Shown here: one piece after another, positions 48,401 to 60,200 of the stretch
Numbering within the stretch: position 1 is the first letter of the stretch
Layout: each line of letters opens with the position of its first letter
Source: Diadema antillarum
Taxonomy: Eukaryota
Assembly: GCF_040938485.1 (NCBI RefSeq)
Contig: NW_027271276.1
Location: forward strand, 496,001 to 560,000
Reading direction: 5' to 3'
Length of the DNA stretch: 64,000 nucleotides
The notes under the pieces: model-generated
Databases searched by the model: none
Seen by the model: the letters and a program-made list of their open reading frames with translations, nothing else
What the model was told of the DNA's origin: nothing
Program-made: the position numbers and the translations under genes

Positions 48401-51400
48401 GCACGCTGTCCTGGCCTGGTGTTACTGGGGCTTGGCTCCAGCTAGGGGTTGCTGGTGAGTAGGGGGTACCACACCCTTGTGAGTAGCCCCCCTGGACGGG
48501 TGTGGTCATGCTGGTGGTGGAGAGGTTGGTGATTCTCTGGCGGGGCTCATGTGGGGTGGTGGCTGTGTAGTATGAACTACTGGAACCTACAGCAGCACAG
48601 ATATTGAGTGAAACATATAACAGAGGGTCTCTATGAAATGATAAACTAACACATTTACACTGAGTGTATTCAAAAGTGTATTCTTTCAGTACACTAAAAC
48701 ATTCATTTCCATTTACCCGCCTCAATACAAGAACCTTGCTAAAAAAGGCACCTGATTATTAAAAGTTGTGCCAAAATATCTTCAGACTCATCAGCTAGGT
48801 GAGGTAAAGATGGATGAAATTGTTCTCCACTAGAAGTACAATAGGTCATGCTACTGAAACAATTTCTATTCTTGGGATGACAAACTTACATTCAATGTAT
48901 CACCATTGCAGAAATGTATTGGAGCTCATTAAAAGCAATACAAGGTGAATGATGTCTGAAGAATACAAACATACATGTATTTCCTTAAATATTACAGAGT
49001 AGTGATTTGTCTCTCTCACCCCTCTGCTTCAAGCTACCACTACGCTTCCTCTTTTCTTCAGCCAACATCCGCTTCTCCTTGGCGAGTCCGTTTGCTGCCC
49101 TCTCTTGGTGGATGAGCAGACGGTCAGTGAGGGAGGAAAGCAGGTCCAGACACTCCATGCTGATCCTGTTCCAGTTGTGAGGATGGCCACCTGTGGTCAA
49201 TCATCGGTCAAAGCATGGTGACACACTTGAAATCCCAGTATATGGCATTACATGTACTAGTCATCTACAGGTCACTGAACTTATCTGCGACAAAATAGTC
49301 AGGTCTCAATGTACATCAAAGGCAGCAGTCTTGGGGAAATACAATTTCTGGTACTATAGTCACACATTGGAATGTCCATTGGCATGGTTGGTGGTGCCAC
49401 CTCCCAATACGTCGCAAAGACATCTAAACATGGCATGAAAGCCAACCCAAGTGCCAACACCACCACAAGTAAACTATAACGATACTCACTTAATGGCCAT
49501 TTGTAATACTTTCCATAAATATCAACTCTTGTTTTCTTTCACTGACCATGAAATGTCTTGAGCATCTACAAAAATTATTACAGATATTTTTGAGGAACAT
49601 TCTGACTACTAATTGCAGAATGCATTCAGTGTGTGAACAAAAAAGTTTGAACATATTTGCAATATAGGGCTGCACACTAACTCATTTTCTCTACTGGTCC
49701 AACCTGTCTGTCGGATCAGTAGGTACCCAGAGTTTCAATTTTTTACAGGTCAATTCCTGAAAAGGTTACTGGTCCGACAGTGGGTTTGACTGGACAGGGA
49801 CCGTAAGACCAATGCCAGAGTGCAGCGTTGCATATTAGAATGATATCCTATAACATCTATGGACGCAAAATGAAAGATGCTTGGAAGGCTCAAAAGGGAA
49901 AAGGGCTTGCAGTCCGGATAACTTGACCCTAGCTCGCCCACATTAAGAGCCTGGATGATAGACTAGCACCTAGTCAAAAGAATACCACTGTACCCCTTAG
50001 CTACAAAGCATTATAGTCTTACTGTCTCCTCTAGCCCAAAGCACACAAAACTTTTGCCTCCCCTGCCCTGCAGCTTGGATAAGAGACTAGTGGCAAATAT
50101 CAATACCTCTGTTCTCCCTGGTAACAGAGCACACTTGAGTCTAGCCTCACCTGGCTGGCTGAGAGAGAAGATCTGCTTCCTCCTCACAGGAGAGTGCTCT
50201 GCCAGAAGGCTGAGATCCTGGTAGGCGAGGTGCTGGACCAGGGGAATCCCCCGCTGGCCCAGGGCTCTGTGCAGTGTCATCTCTTGGTTCATGTTGAATG
50301 CTGCTTCTATGGGAAACTCGAAGACCTGGGGAAAACAGGTAGGGAAGAAAAGGTATCTCAGATATAGATCCCCAAAAATGTTAATGTTAAATATGTAATT
50401 AAATTATTGCTTTATATGAGCTGTAAACAGGAGTGTTCTCATACAAACCTTACAATTATACGTTGAAGTCGTCAAGCTACACTACGGACAAGCTATCGCT
50501 TGCAAATTGTGTCCTTTTCATAAGATTTTCATGTGACCATTCAGAGTCCCAATCGTCTGGCGTGAAAACAGCACACAGCACTACCTCTTCAGGTTGTGCT
50601 ACATTTTGGGAGACTCTAAAGGGGGTGTACTGTTTGTGCCCATTTCATTCGTTTTGTCCCTTTCTCCGTAGTGGAGCATATAGGCTATCAACAACAATCC
50701 TCCACTGGACATGATTCTGGGTTGCCCTTTTTGCTTCTTTCCAGGTGATACCCCTCTACATATCTGCCCCGCTACCAATTTATCATAAATAACAAAAATG
50801 TTGAAGGGGGGATGGCAAGACTAACCTCAGTATTGAAGACCTTGAAGAGGTAGAGGGCAGACTTCCATGAGTGGGTCAGGAGGGTCCCAAGTAGCCAGGC
50901 CTGCCAGAAGAGCCTGATGTCCAGCAGACCTCGTATGGAGTCCACTGGGGTGGGCAACTCATAAAGCCTGAGGTTGGTCAGCAGCCAGGACTTCAAGAGG
51001 CAGCCTGTAGGAGGCAGAATGGGAGACAGAGTGAAAAGAATGCTGGAGGCACAACTGGTTCAGCAGCATCACAAGTCAAGAAAGATATTGAGCAAAAAAA
51101 AATAATTAAAAAAGAAACTAAAAGAGAAGAGAAGGAATGCAAAGAGAGAGAAAAATGCACATACACACTAGTAGTGAAAAAGGAAATCTACGCACACAAA
51201 CTGGCCAAACGAAGCAAGATCAAACAATAAAGAGCAATACTTAACCTGGTAGAATGAAACTAAAAAATGAGTTACTTTTTTAATGGCAGGTCCATACTAA
51301 ATAGTTATAGACAAACACACATACATATGCCTACTTGGGACTACAGCATCTATCACTTTGGCTAATGCCAGTAAGCTAATTGGGTAAGATGCATATTTGT

Positions 51401-54400
51401 CCAAGACACAACTGATAAAAACGTCACATATTATTAGCACACTATTTTATCTATTCTAAGACTAACACTCTGTCCTCTGCACAGGACAATAAATGCAAGC
51501 CAAACCAAAAACACTTTGATGAAAAAAAAAATAGATTGAATTTACTCAAGGTTCAACAGACATTCAAACATCACATCATGTCAGAAGGGAAGTTATTTCT
51601 TCAGGGTCAAACACTCACCAAGGAAGTAGAACGTTAGGTAGAAGTAGGCACACAGTCTCAGGGATCCCAGCGCATTGCTGGCAAGGGACGGCAGCAGGTT
51701 GGACTTGACTTGGAAGAACTTCATTTGCTACATGGATAGGGAAAAGAAAGTCACAATAAAATCACATATACAGCAAAAAAGCAGACACTTCATATCATAA
51801 ACATACAATGAAGAACTTTTATTTCACATATCCCGAAGCCATTTGCTCTAACAAGAAAGTGCTTTCTTAATAAAGAATAGCAAAATACATGAAAATGTTT
51901 GTAGTAAACCAGAGTTTCATAAAAAGTTCTCACTTACCTGTATGATACTGAATGTCAGCAGATTTGAACGTTGAAGAAAATGAGACACACTATAGACCAC
52001 TCCCTGTGGAAAAAGATTTTTAAAAAGACATTTGAAATTTGCCTATCTAATAGACTCAAAGCAGTACCTGTGGCAATTCAATTTTGCCTGGCTTGAAAGT
52101 CTATTTGGTATCACCTCCATGACAAACATGATGATAAAATGGCACAGGCTTTCAAGGAGGTAACAACTATGGGCAACATCATGGTAAAGGCTGAAAATCA
52201 ATTTTGCATTACTTTTACAACAGATATGAATAAGGCATGATACAGCATGAGAAATGCTGCTTCCACCTAAAAGACATTGAAATGTCATCATATACCACTC
52301 CATTTGATACATATCAACAAGGTGGAACATTTTAATTAGCAAACTATTGGTGTAGATTATACGATAAAGGCTTGAATAACAAACACACATAATATGGTTT
52401 TTTTTTCCCAAAAATACTCCAAAGTGCAACCATTATTAACAAAATTTATGAATGTTTCTGATATTTTTATTACAAAAGTGCTAGAGACCAATGCAATAGT
52501 AGATATTCCAATCAACTCACCAAATAGGCAGCAAAGAGAACCAGGAACAGGTGACGGTCATTCAAGCACAGTGCTCCCACCTGGTTCTTGCACTCGATAG
52601 AGAGGGCCGCATAGCGTCCACCAATCAGCTTGCAGCACGCCCATCCTATCAGCCCGCCTAGGAGGGTGTGGCCTATCGCATGGAGGAGTCGGCCTGGTCG
52701 CGTGACGCTCAGGATGATTGACAGCCGGTTCCTGTGGATTTGTGGGATCACTGCGAGGAAACAATCACAATTTTTTTAAACAATATGTGGTTAGCACCCT
52801 CAAATCTCCTCATAAGGAGAAGTGATGCTGTAGTCTCTTTATGTTATCAATAATATTCTACGAGGGAGATGGAAAGGGGTAAAACAAAGTATTACACACT
52901 TTAAAGACCAGCTAGGGTGCGGAAACATGGGCGGTTCATCTTCATTCACTGCCCACCAGGGTACAATTGAAAACCATAAAAAGTGCCTGTCGAATTTGCA
53001 CACAGAAACATAAGCTCATCAGTAACAGTCAACTTTGGTCAAGATTCTTTGGCCGTAAGTATAGCAATCAGTGATATAGCTGTACACAATTCCTTTCCTT
53101 CTCAAATATAAGGAGCCAGGCCAGCCTTCTCATTCCATGAATCCACATGCTACTGGGTTTTCAAACCATTCATGGTTACCTATGATTATGAATAGTTTGC
53201 ACAAGAAGATTATGCTAAAGTCTCCAAAATTATGAGGGGGTTGAAATTCTGGACACAATATTCCTTCATCACTGATCTGTTCTAAAACTACTCTACAAAC
53301 TCTAAATGCACTCTGTTTTTCTTTCTGTAATCACATAACACTAACAGCAAATGCTTTTACATATCATGAGCTAGTACATTTTGCACAGTGTGCATGTGAC
53401 AAATACATACCGTATGTCCCAAAAAAAATTACAACGGGGCCCTACGCAATGATATCTTTAAAAATATTGCATTAATCTAAATACAAATTCAGGGTGTGAA
53501 ACTATAACTCATTGCCCACATCTTACAGAAAACCCCATTCGATTTGCTTCAGCGGTCAATGAAAAATGAGGAATTTTGTAGAGGATGTCGGGAATCTCTT
53601 TTGTCCAAGTTCTGTCTATTGTTTACACACAAAATCATCGAAGTGCTAAACTTGGAAGAATCAGATTCATGACATGCTTTACTACAATCCCCATTTCTCT
53701 GTGACTACCCAACCAAATCGAATGGGGATTTCTGCAAAATAGAGCTAAGATGTTATATTTTAAGACCCTGAAGTAGCATTGAAAAAAATAATCATATTGG
53801 ATGTTATCGATGAGAAAATCTGATTGTATTTTTTGTTGGACATACTGCAGTATGTCCCTCAAAAATTACAATCAAATTTTCGAATTGATAACGTCCAAAA
53901 TGATCGACCTGTCTAAGTGCTACTTCGGGGCCTTAAAATATAACATCTTAGCTCTATTTTGCAGAAAACCTCATTCAATTTGGTTAAGCGGTCACAGAGA
54001 AATGTAGATTGTTGTAAAGCATGTCATGAGTCTAATTTGTCCAATTTTAGCACTTTAATGCTGTAGCGCGTGAACTTGGACAAAAGAGATTCCCGACATC
54101 CTCTACAAAATTCCTCATTTATCTTTGACCACTGAAGCAAATCGAATGGGGTTTTCTGTAATATGTAGGGAATGAGTTATAGTTTCATACCCTGACTTTG
54201 TATTTAGATTGATTCACTATTTTTAAAGATATCAAAGCGGGGGGTCCCGTTGTAATTTTTTTGGGGACATATTGTACACTCGCAAAAACTCAAGGGTCAA
54301 AAGGGATCTCATAAACTGCATTATTTCAGTTGGTATTCATTACTCACACGAGTATGAGAAAGCATTCAGAATGGACACGATTGCAGCACAGAAAACGATG

Positions 54401-56697
54401 AAGGTGATGTAGGCAATACCAGACAGAGAAAAGCAAGAGAGAAGACATCCTGTATATTCAGAAAATAAAATACAACAAAATCATACAATATATTACTTCC
54501 TTTGAAACTGGAATATATTGCAGGAAAAGTGATGAAATAGCATATTTCTAGAATTTTAAGAAGGAATCATATTCCCTTGTTTGAGACAATGTGTAATGAC
54601 ATATTGCCATTGATATTTTGAGCTAGTTAGTTACGTGGAAGTATATTTTTGATGAAAACATGTAGAAACTCCTATGGAAGAAACCATAACCAGAAGCTTG
54701 TAATTCTTATGTGGCTTGATAAATGTAATGACCAACCGATCAGTTTTAGACTGGGCATCAGATGCAAGTTTAAGTACAATTTCATTCCATTTAAGTTTGG
54801 AGCACTCTTCACTACAATTATTGCACATTTATGAGAAACAAGCCCACTGAAAAGCTATTGTTTGTGTAAGTGGTAAGATTTTGAAGTCCTAAAGCCATTC
54901 ATCAAATTTAAAGTCAATTCTCACACATCTATTTCATAAAAGAACTTGTGAGCATACAATAGCTAATCAAAGCAATCCATCATATTTAAATCTCATAATA
55001 CAGAGGTTGACTGGGATTAGCAATTGATTACTTTTGCAACAGTGAAGGTTGAAAAACTCACCAAGAATCCAACGAGAAGGGTGCAAGAGATCAAGGTGGG
55101 TCAGAAGGACATAAAGACTGACCGCTGGTGGCAAGAGCAGCAGTGACCAGGCAACACTGGCCCCAGTCCTCCATCGAAACACCTGACCAAGAAAGAAACC
55201 AAAGAAACTGTGTACTGATATTCAATCTTCAAGCCTAATATTGTAATCGTGGAATATTGCTCACTGTGAAATTTCTTGCATCATGATACCAGCACAAAAA
55301 TAAAAATGTGGAAATATTTTGTACACTATTGATCATGTGAATTCATGCTACAGAGACAAAGTGTTGAGAGTGAACAAAATTAAAAAACACAGATTTGTTA
55401 ATTGTCAAAGTTGAAAATTTCTTGTCCTTATTTAATACGTCGCTCAAAACAACTCCTTCTTCACTTGCAATCCCAGCATACGCTGCCTGCGCCTGCACAA
55501 TCTGAAACTGAAGACTACAGTCTAGTGAAGTTTCATTTCATCTAATGAATGCGACTTTTCTTTCAAGTAAAGTTGAATCTGTCATCATGCCCATGGTCAT
55601 TGTTCATGTTGGCATTACTAGACTATTGCAAATACTTGGGCCATGCCATCTAACCTTGTTAGGATCTTTGTTTCTATGGCATTGGACTACCCTAAATACA
55701 ACTACAAACAAGAGATTGAAACTAGACACCTATTATTAACTCAATTACATAATTACATAAGCTCAAGTACGTAATCCCAACTGTGACCATAGATGTGTTC
55801 AAATTTTCCTTTTTCCCCGCGAGCGGTTTTAGTGTTAGAACCTGGAACCATCTGCCAGGACCTGTGGTCGCGATTACCAGCCCATTCATTGTATGATTGA
55901 CATTTTACTTTCAGAGACTGAGAGAGGCTGCTCTTCCAGTCCTCCGAGTGATGCATCCTCCTGTTGGGTCACACATGCTCTAGAAAAAAGTCTAAGCAAA
56001 GAGGCATGTATTCTACTTGCACTATGCACAGTCACTTTTATTGTACATTTATAGACATAGAAATTTATAGTGACATTTAATCACTATGTCACCTCTCACT
56101 GACGCACAACGCTTCTATCATACCGGGATAGTTCCAAGGAGCTCCTGAAAGCCAGAAAGGGATTACTACTTCAGGGTTCAAGGTTCAATTACAAACATGA
56201 CCCAATGCAATGGCAAATGATTGATGAGATGGCCAGCAATACCAGCGGCAGCAGTGAGCTGTCTCGTGGGTTACATACAATGCCTGTTACCAAGTGTTAA
56301 TCTTTCTAAATTCTACTATGTTAGACTCTAGGAGAATCGTTAGGTAGCTAGGGCCTACCGGGTAGGGGTAGAATATCTAGAATCTAGATGGAATCTGTAA
56401 AGAAATACACAGTCCAATCGAAACTTCGACTGTAAAAGTGTAGACTTTAGAATTTAGGTTAAACTAAAGTCTAGACCCACTCTCTAAATACAGTCAGTAA
56501 AATTATGACCGTTTAATAGCTGTATAATGTAACTGTTAGCATGGAGGTAGAAACTACCACCATGCTGTTAGTGTGCCTATCTGTTACAGCGGTCCGGAGC
56601 GGATCGGAGGACAAAAATGAATGCATAAATTTACAACGATAAAACCCAGCCACATGATACTTACATCTCTCATATACCAGTTATATCGGATATTCAT
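42405..56697 (-). CDS. NDC1: Nucleoporin NDC1 (TMEM48), complete gene, 14 coding exons, 651 aa
   Basis: The spliced translation matches recalled NDC1 motifs in order: [103 protein letters not shown]. All introns are GT-AG, phases close, total CDS 1956 nt. Confidence 0.95.
42533..42730. mobile_element. Small TIR element carrying degenerate telomere-like (TTAGGG)n
   Basis: GGATAATTACC...GGACAATTACCCCCAG / CTGGGGAAATTGTCC...GGTAATTGTCT inverted ends around TTAGGG variants at 42609-42690. Confidence 0.7.
43145..43238. repeat. Hairpin (inverted repeat) in NDC1 intron 13
   Basis: CAACCCTGGATAACCCAATTCCTGGACAATACGACCT ... AGGTCATATTGTCCAGGGTTGGGTTATCCTGGGGTTG. Confidence 0.75.
43292..43464 (-). 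CDS. NDC1: NDC1 exon 13
   Basis: ALEKLFKLP...[20 protein letters not shown]; donor AA|GTGCGT (phase 2). Confidence 0.88.
43765..43955. mobile_element. Fold-back MITE nested in the 1.9-kb element
   Basis: Palindromic arms around a central GAGGCGTTAGCCGAGG. Confidence 0.7.
44508..44581. repeat. 23-bp minisatellite (TCTATCACGAGGGTTTTGCCTTT) x ~3.2
   Basis: Tandem copies, seen directly. Confidence 0.9.
45995..46201. mobile_element. TA-flanked Tc1/pogo-type MITE (TTCGCGAA family)
   Basis: TA|CTGTAAAAC...GTTTTACAG|TA with multiple TTCGCGAA motifs. Confidence 0.85.
46413..46513 (-). CDS. NDC1: NDC1 exon 12
   Basis: [34 protein letters not shown]; AAT|GTAAGT donor. Confidence 0.93.
47286..47357 (+). 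pseudogene. tRNA-like sequence (GGT anticodon position, Thr-like), copy 2; probably a pseudogene or tRNA-derived element
   Basis: A box TGGTCTAGTGG, B box GGTTCGAATCC, D/anticodon/T arms can form; weak acceptor stem; loop reads CCGGTGA (no U33). Confidence 0.55.
47553..47624 (+). pseudogene. tRNA-like sequence, copy 3 (loop CTGGTGA)
   Basis: Same cloverleaf, with U33 retained and a better acceptor stem (GCTCGG/TCGAGT); followed by a T6 run ~15 nt downstream. Confidence 0.55.
47746..47916 (-). CDS. NDC1: NDC1 exon 11
   Basis: Acceptor ttttgtaacag at 47916; ...[30 protein letters not shown]; donor G|GTATGT. Confidence 0.85.
48326..48586 (-). CDS. NDC1: NDC1 exon 10 (Ser/Thr/Pro-rich disordered region)
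   Basis: Open frame [11 protein letters not shown]...GTPYSPATP...; acceptor tgtag at 48586. Donor G|GTAGGG was chosen; an in-phase alternative lies 15 nt further on. Confidence 0.7.
49020..49190 (-). CDS. NDC1: NDC1 exon 9
   Basis: [17 protein letters not shown]...QERAANG; 171 nt, donor G|GTGAGA. Confidence 0.9.
50151..50325 (-). CDS. NDC1: NDC1 exon 8
   Basis: [10 protein letters not shown]...LAYQDL...IFSLSQPG; 175 nt. Confidence 0.93.
50826..51004 (-). CDS. NDC1: NDC1 exon 7
   Basis: [11 protein letters not shown]...[11 protein letters not shown]...LFKVFNTE; 179 nt. Confidence 0.9.
51619..51727 (-). CDS. NDC1: NDC1 exon 6
   Basis: [12 protein letters not shown]...[10 protein letters not shown]; 109 nt. 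Confidence 0.9.
51938..52003 (-). CDS. NDC1: NDC1 exon 5
   Basis: [22 protein letters not shown]; 66 nt, CAG|GTAAGT donor. Confidence 0.88.
52521..52750 (-). CDS. NDC1: NDC1 exon 4
   Basis: IPQIHRNRL...[17 protein letters not shown]; 230 nt. Confidence 0.92.
53410..54274. mobile_element. 865-bp spacerless palindrome: two copies of a TA-flanked MITE joined in inverted orientation
   Basis: Outer ends TA|CCGTATGTCCCAAAAAAAATTACAACGGG and CCCGTTGTAATTTTTTTGGGGACATATTG|TA; centre GGACATACTG|CAGTATGTCC at 53847/53848; arms clearly complementary but diverged. Confidence 0.85.
54348..54449 (-). CDS. NDC1: NDC1 exon 3 (transmembrane segment)
   Basis: [34 protein letters not shown]; 102 nt, phase 1/1. 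Confidence 0.85.
55062..55182 (-). CDS. NDC1: NDC1 exon 2
   Basis: [19 protein letters not shown]...HPSRWIL; cag|GTG acceptor, G|GTGAGT donor. Confidence 0.92.
55756..55895 (+). mobile_element. Degenerate LINE RT C-terminal remnant in NDC1 intron 1
   Basis: Translates [21 protein letters not shown]...[12 protein letters not shown], matching the FK.SFFPRT..WN.LP tail of CR1/L2/Jockey-group ORF2. Confidence 0.6.
56665..56697 (-). CDS. NDC1: NDC1 exon 1 ([11 protein letters not shown])
   Basis: ATG at 56697, donor GAT|GTAAGT, phase 0 into exon 2. Confidence 0.8.
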
Positions 56698-57255
56698 CCT
56701 CAGAATACAGTCTGGGAACAAACAGTCTGAACTTCAAATGTTTGCAGTAACTTTAGTACTTTGCATGGGGATAAACTCCTTGAATATTTACACACTTCGT
56801 CGGCACTGTCGAAAGCACGAGCTGGGTCTGTCTACACGGTTTCAAAAGTTCGCGCATGAACGCGAACGGCAGCACACAGAGCGCAGGCTAGGCTAGAGGC
56901 AGCCGTAGCCCCACAGCGCAGTGAGTGAGAGCAGCCAGCAGCTAGGCTCGTTCTCATCGGGCACAGTCGGGGTCGTGAACGGAGGAAGCATCAAGATGAT
57001 GGCCATTCAATTCATTCAGTGCCGTGGATGTGGATGAAGCGTGGCCTTCAAGGTGGTCGTTGTCAATAGAGGGAGCTAGCCGTGTAGATCTTGCGTGCGA
57101 CGCGACGCCCCATACAGCGATATCCGCGCGCGCCGTAGTATAGTAGCCATGCGCCAGTCGAGCGACGCGATCACGACGCGACGACGCGACGCTACAAAAT
57201 TCTGAGCTGGTCACCCAATCACCATCAACGGAAAGACAGAAGAAATCACAACAAA
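56698..57255. promoter_or_regulatory. Bidirectional CpG-rich promoter between NDC1 and the PDZ gene
   Basis: Divergent start codons are 558 bp apart; very high CpG density (CGCGACGCG runs at 57095-57190). Confidence 0.75.
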
Positions 57256-57294
57256 ATGACTTCCATGCTAGACCCAGCCACTGGAGTCCCATTT
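57256..57294 (+). CDS. TAX1BP3: PDZ gene exon 1
   Basis: AAAATG context, TTT|GTAAGT donor, 13 codons. Confidence 0.7.
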
Positions 57295-60200
57295 GTAAGT
57301 TCCACTTATCAATGTATCTTGTCGCATTAAATTCTGGTTTTGTAAGAATGTATTTTACCTGGCCACAGTTGGTCGCAACATCATAAATAGACCACTGCAC
57401 TGGTGCAAGCCGAGACCCAGTTGAAGAGTCGACACGCCCTTTTGTACAGTCCCATTGCCTGTTATTGATGTTGCTACTTGAAATGTGATGGTGCATGTGC
57501 AAGTGAAAAAGCTAAAAGATGCATGCTCTTGCAAGTCTTGAATTAAAGTGACAGTCACCAGCGGTGAGAGGTTTTATCCTACTAGTATTGCAGGAAGAGT
57601 ACCCTCCTGGCTATTGGCAGTAATGAAGAAAATGATATGCTTACGTTGTATGCATGCTTGCAGTTGCATAGCATATCAGTCCGGGAAACCCGCTCATGAG
57701 GACCGCTCCCGCGTACGAGGACTGCCCCGCCTCATGAGGACCGCCCCCCCGCCTCATGAGGACCGCCCCCATGCCTCATGAGGCCCGGGGGGAACGCCTC
57801 ATGAGGCCCCCCTATTCATTTCTATTCATCTCACATCTGACGAATAAATTGTCGCAACTTTGCACGGTGATTTTTTGTTACACACACATGTCCACTCTCC
57901 ATGATGAAAAGAAGAAAAAATCCTATCTGTTTTTTTTTTTCAAAAATCGAGTTTTAATCGACCGATGCAGAGCGCCCATTAAAACATGTGTGTTTTATAC
58001 GTCAGATGTGAGATGAATAGAAATGAAAAGGGGGGCCTCGTGAGGCATGGGGGCGGTCCTCATGAGGCGGGGGGGCGGTCCTCATGAGGCGGGGCAGTCC
58101 TCGTACGCGGGAGCGGTCCTCATGAGCGGGTTTCCCGGACTGATATGCGACTATACGCAGTATAGACTCCCTAAAATCCTACCCCTAACTGTACAAAGTG
58201 CTATTTGCATTGCATCAATGCTTTACCTGAACACATTTGATTAGGTTGGCAGAAAACAGACAAACTGGATACAATTACAAGGTGTTAGTATGAGAAACAG
58301 ATAAACTTCACCTGTGGTGTAGGTTTGCTTGTATAACTTATTATTGGCCCCATGTTAGGAAGGGCATTTTGAAAGCTTGTGTGGAAATGCTTGAATTTAT
58401 CTGTTGTCTACACTCTCATTTAGATTGAAGTGAATGTATACAAGGATGGCACCAGACTGGGCTTCAGTGTAGCAGGCGGGATCGACCAGGACAGTGCCAA
58501 GAATCCCTTTGTCAAGAATGACCAGGTGAGCTTCCACTAAACCACTCAGTTTCCTGTATGTTTCTGGATTAGGATCTAGCCCTTTAAGGGGAGAATGTGT
58601 AGCTTGGCTGTGACACAACAACCAAGCAATTGCTAGAATGGTTTAAAAATGAATAGTTGATACAGTGGAAACTCAGTATAACAAGATCCTTGGGACCAAG
58701 ACAATTTGTTCTTTGTATCAAATATTTTGTTATATCAGTAGTCAATAGTCAGTACAAAACAAAGGAAATAAATTTATTGGGACCAGAAAAATTAGTTTGT
58801 CATATCAGGTATTTTGTTATATCAGATCTCTTTTTATCAAGTTTCCAATACTATTCCAGCCTTGTCTCATTGACTGCTCTTTAAATATTGACCTTGTCTT
58901 CCAAGGTGGTTACAAATTGAGTCATCCATCCACAATTCAGGAGTATGTGACCCTGCATCACAATGCGAATAGAAAGTCACTAGATATTGATTTTTAGTTA
59001 GGGGCAGATATTGGAAGAGCAGGTTTCAAGGTTTAAAATTATGTATGTGAACTTGGTTCAAATGGACTCTCCTAACTTATCTAAATTGTAGAAAGAAGCA
59101 CACATTCTAGAAAAGTGTGAACTCAGAAAAGAGGCTCTGAAGTACCGGGTCTATTCAAGCACTAAATCTTACAAAGCCATGCTAGCTGTGCAATGAATGA
59201 GACAAAAAACAGGATGTAAAACACCCCATTGACAGCTATGAAGGGTTTATCAGTTTAAGCTGAAATTGATCATGCTCTATCGACGCATTGTATCCATGGC
59301 TAACCCCCACTTCCAAAGCAGTAGCATCATCCTTTCAAAAGTTATTAGATTTGAAAGTGAAGAGTGTGGAAAGGGTTTTTAAACAATGAAAGTGGACTCT
59401 ATTATTAAGACACACCTTATCACACTATTCCACAAAAAAGTGTTCTAGAAAATCTGCTAAGAATTATATTCCCCCTGTATCTTATGATCCCAAACTGTAG
59501 AATAATAAAGAAGAGGAATTTCTCTTTCAGAAAGTTTGAAAATTTAAGATTGACTAGGTTGACCCGTTTTACCTAATTTGAGTCCTCACACAAAATCAGT
59601 GTGTGCGACGTTTTGTTGGTTTTGTGATGCACGGCCGCATAAGCTCTTAATTTCACATGCATTATTTCATAAAGTGACATACACGTAGGTGTATGGACAT
59701 GGATGAAGAACATGAGATGCTGATGCAGTGGACTCCCGTTATGATGAAGTCCTCGGGACCGATAGTTTTCTTTCGTTATATCAACATTTTGTAACATTTT
59801 GTTGATAACCGAACAAATACACAATGAAAATACATAGAGCTGATAATGTTGCAGCCTGAATTTTTACTTCGTTGTAACTGGAATTTTGTCATAACCATGT
59901 TCGTTATAACGGGAGTTCACTGTACCTGTCTAAATTAACTTTTTCAAACAACAAGTGAGGATAGACATTTGAACTTGATAAAATAATTTGAAGACCAGAT
60001 TGTTGGTGAAATTGTGCTAAGTCTTAGCCTGATGATGTGGTCGAACCTCAGTAGTGAAAGCTAATGAGGTTGATAGGATATTTTCTTTTATTTGTGCCCT
60101 TTATATTATAAGAGTGTGAATATTGAGAAAGGTTGGGAGGTCTGTTCCAGTCATACAATATGCCTAACATCCGCATTATACCGTAAAGGGGAATGAAAAC

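Noticed and set aside
52043-52429. 128-aa minus-strand ORF in NDC1 intron 4
   Set aside because: Not in the NDC1 splice phase, and the protein is complete without it; kept only as a weak poison-exon candidate.
56954-57502. 182-aa minus-strand ORF
   Set aside because: Runs antisense across the PDZ gene's exon 1 and the GC-rich promoter; no recognisable domain; stop-poor because of high GC.
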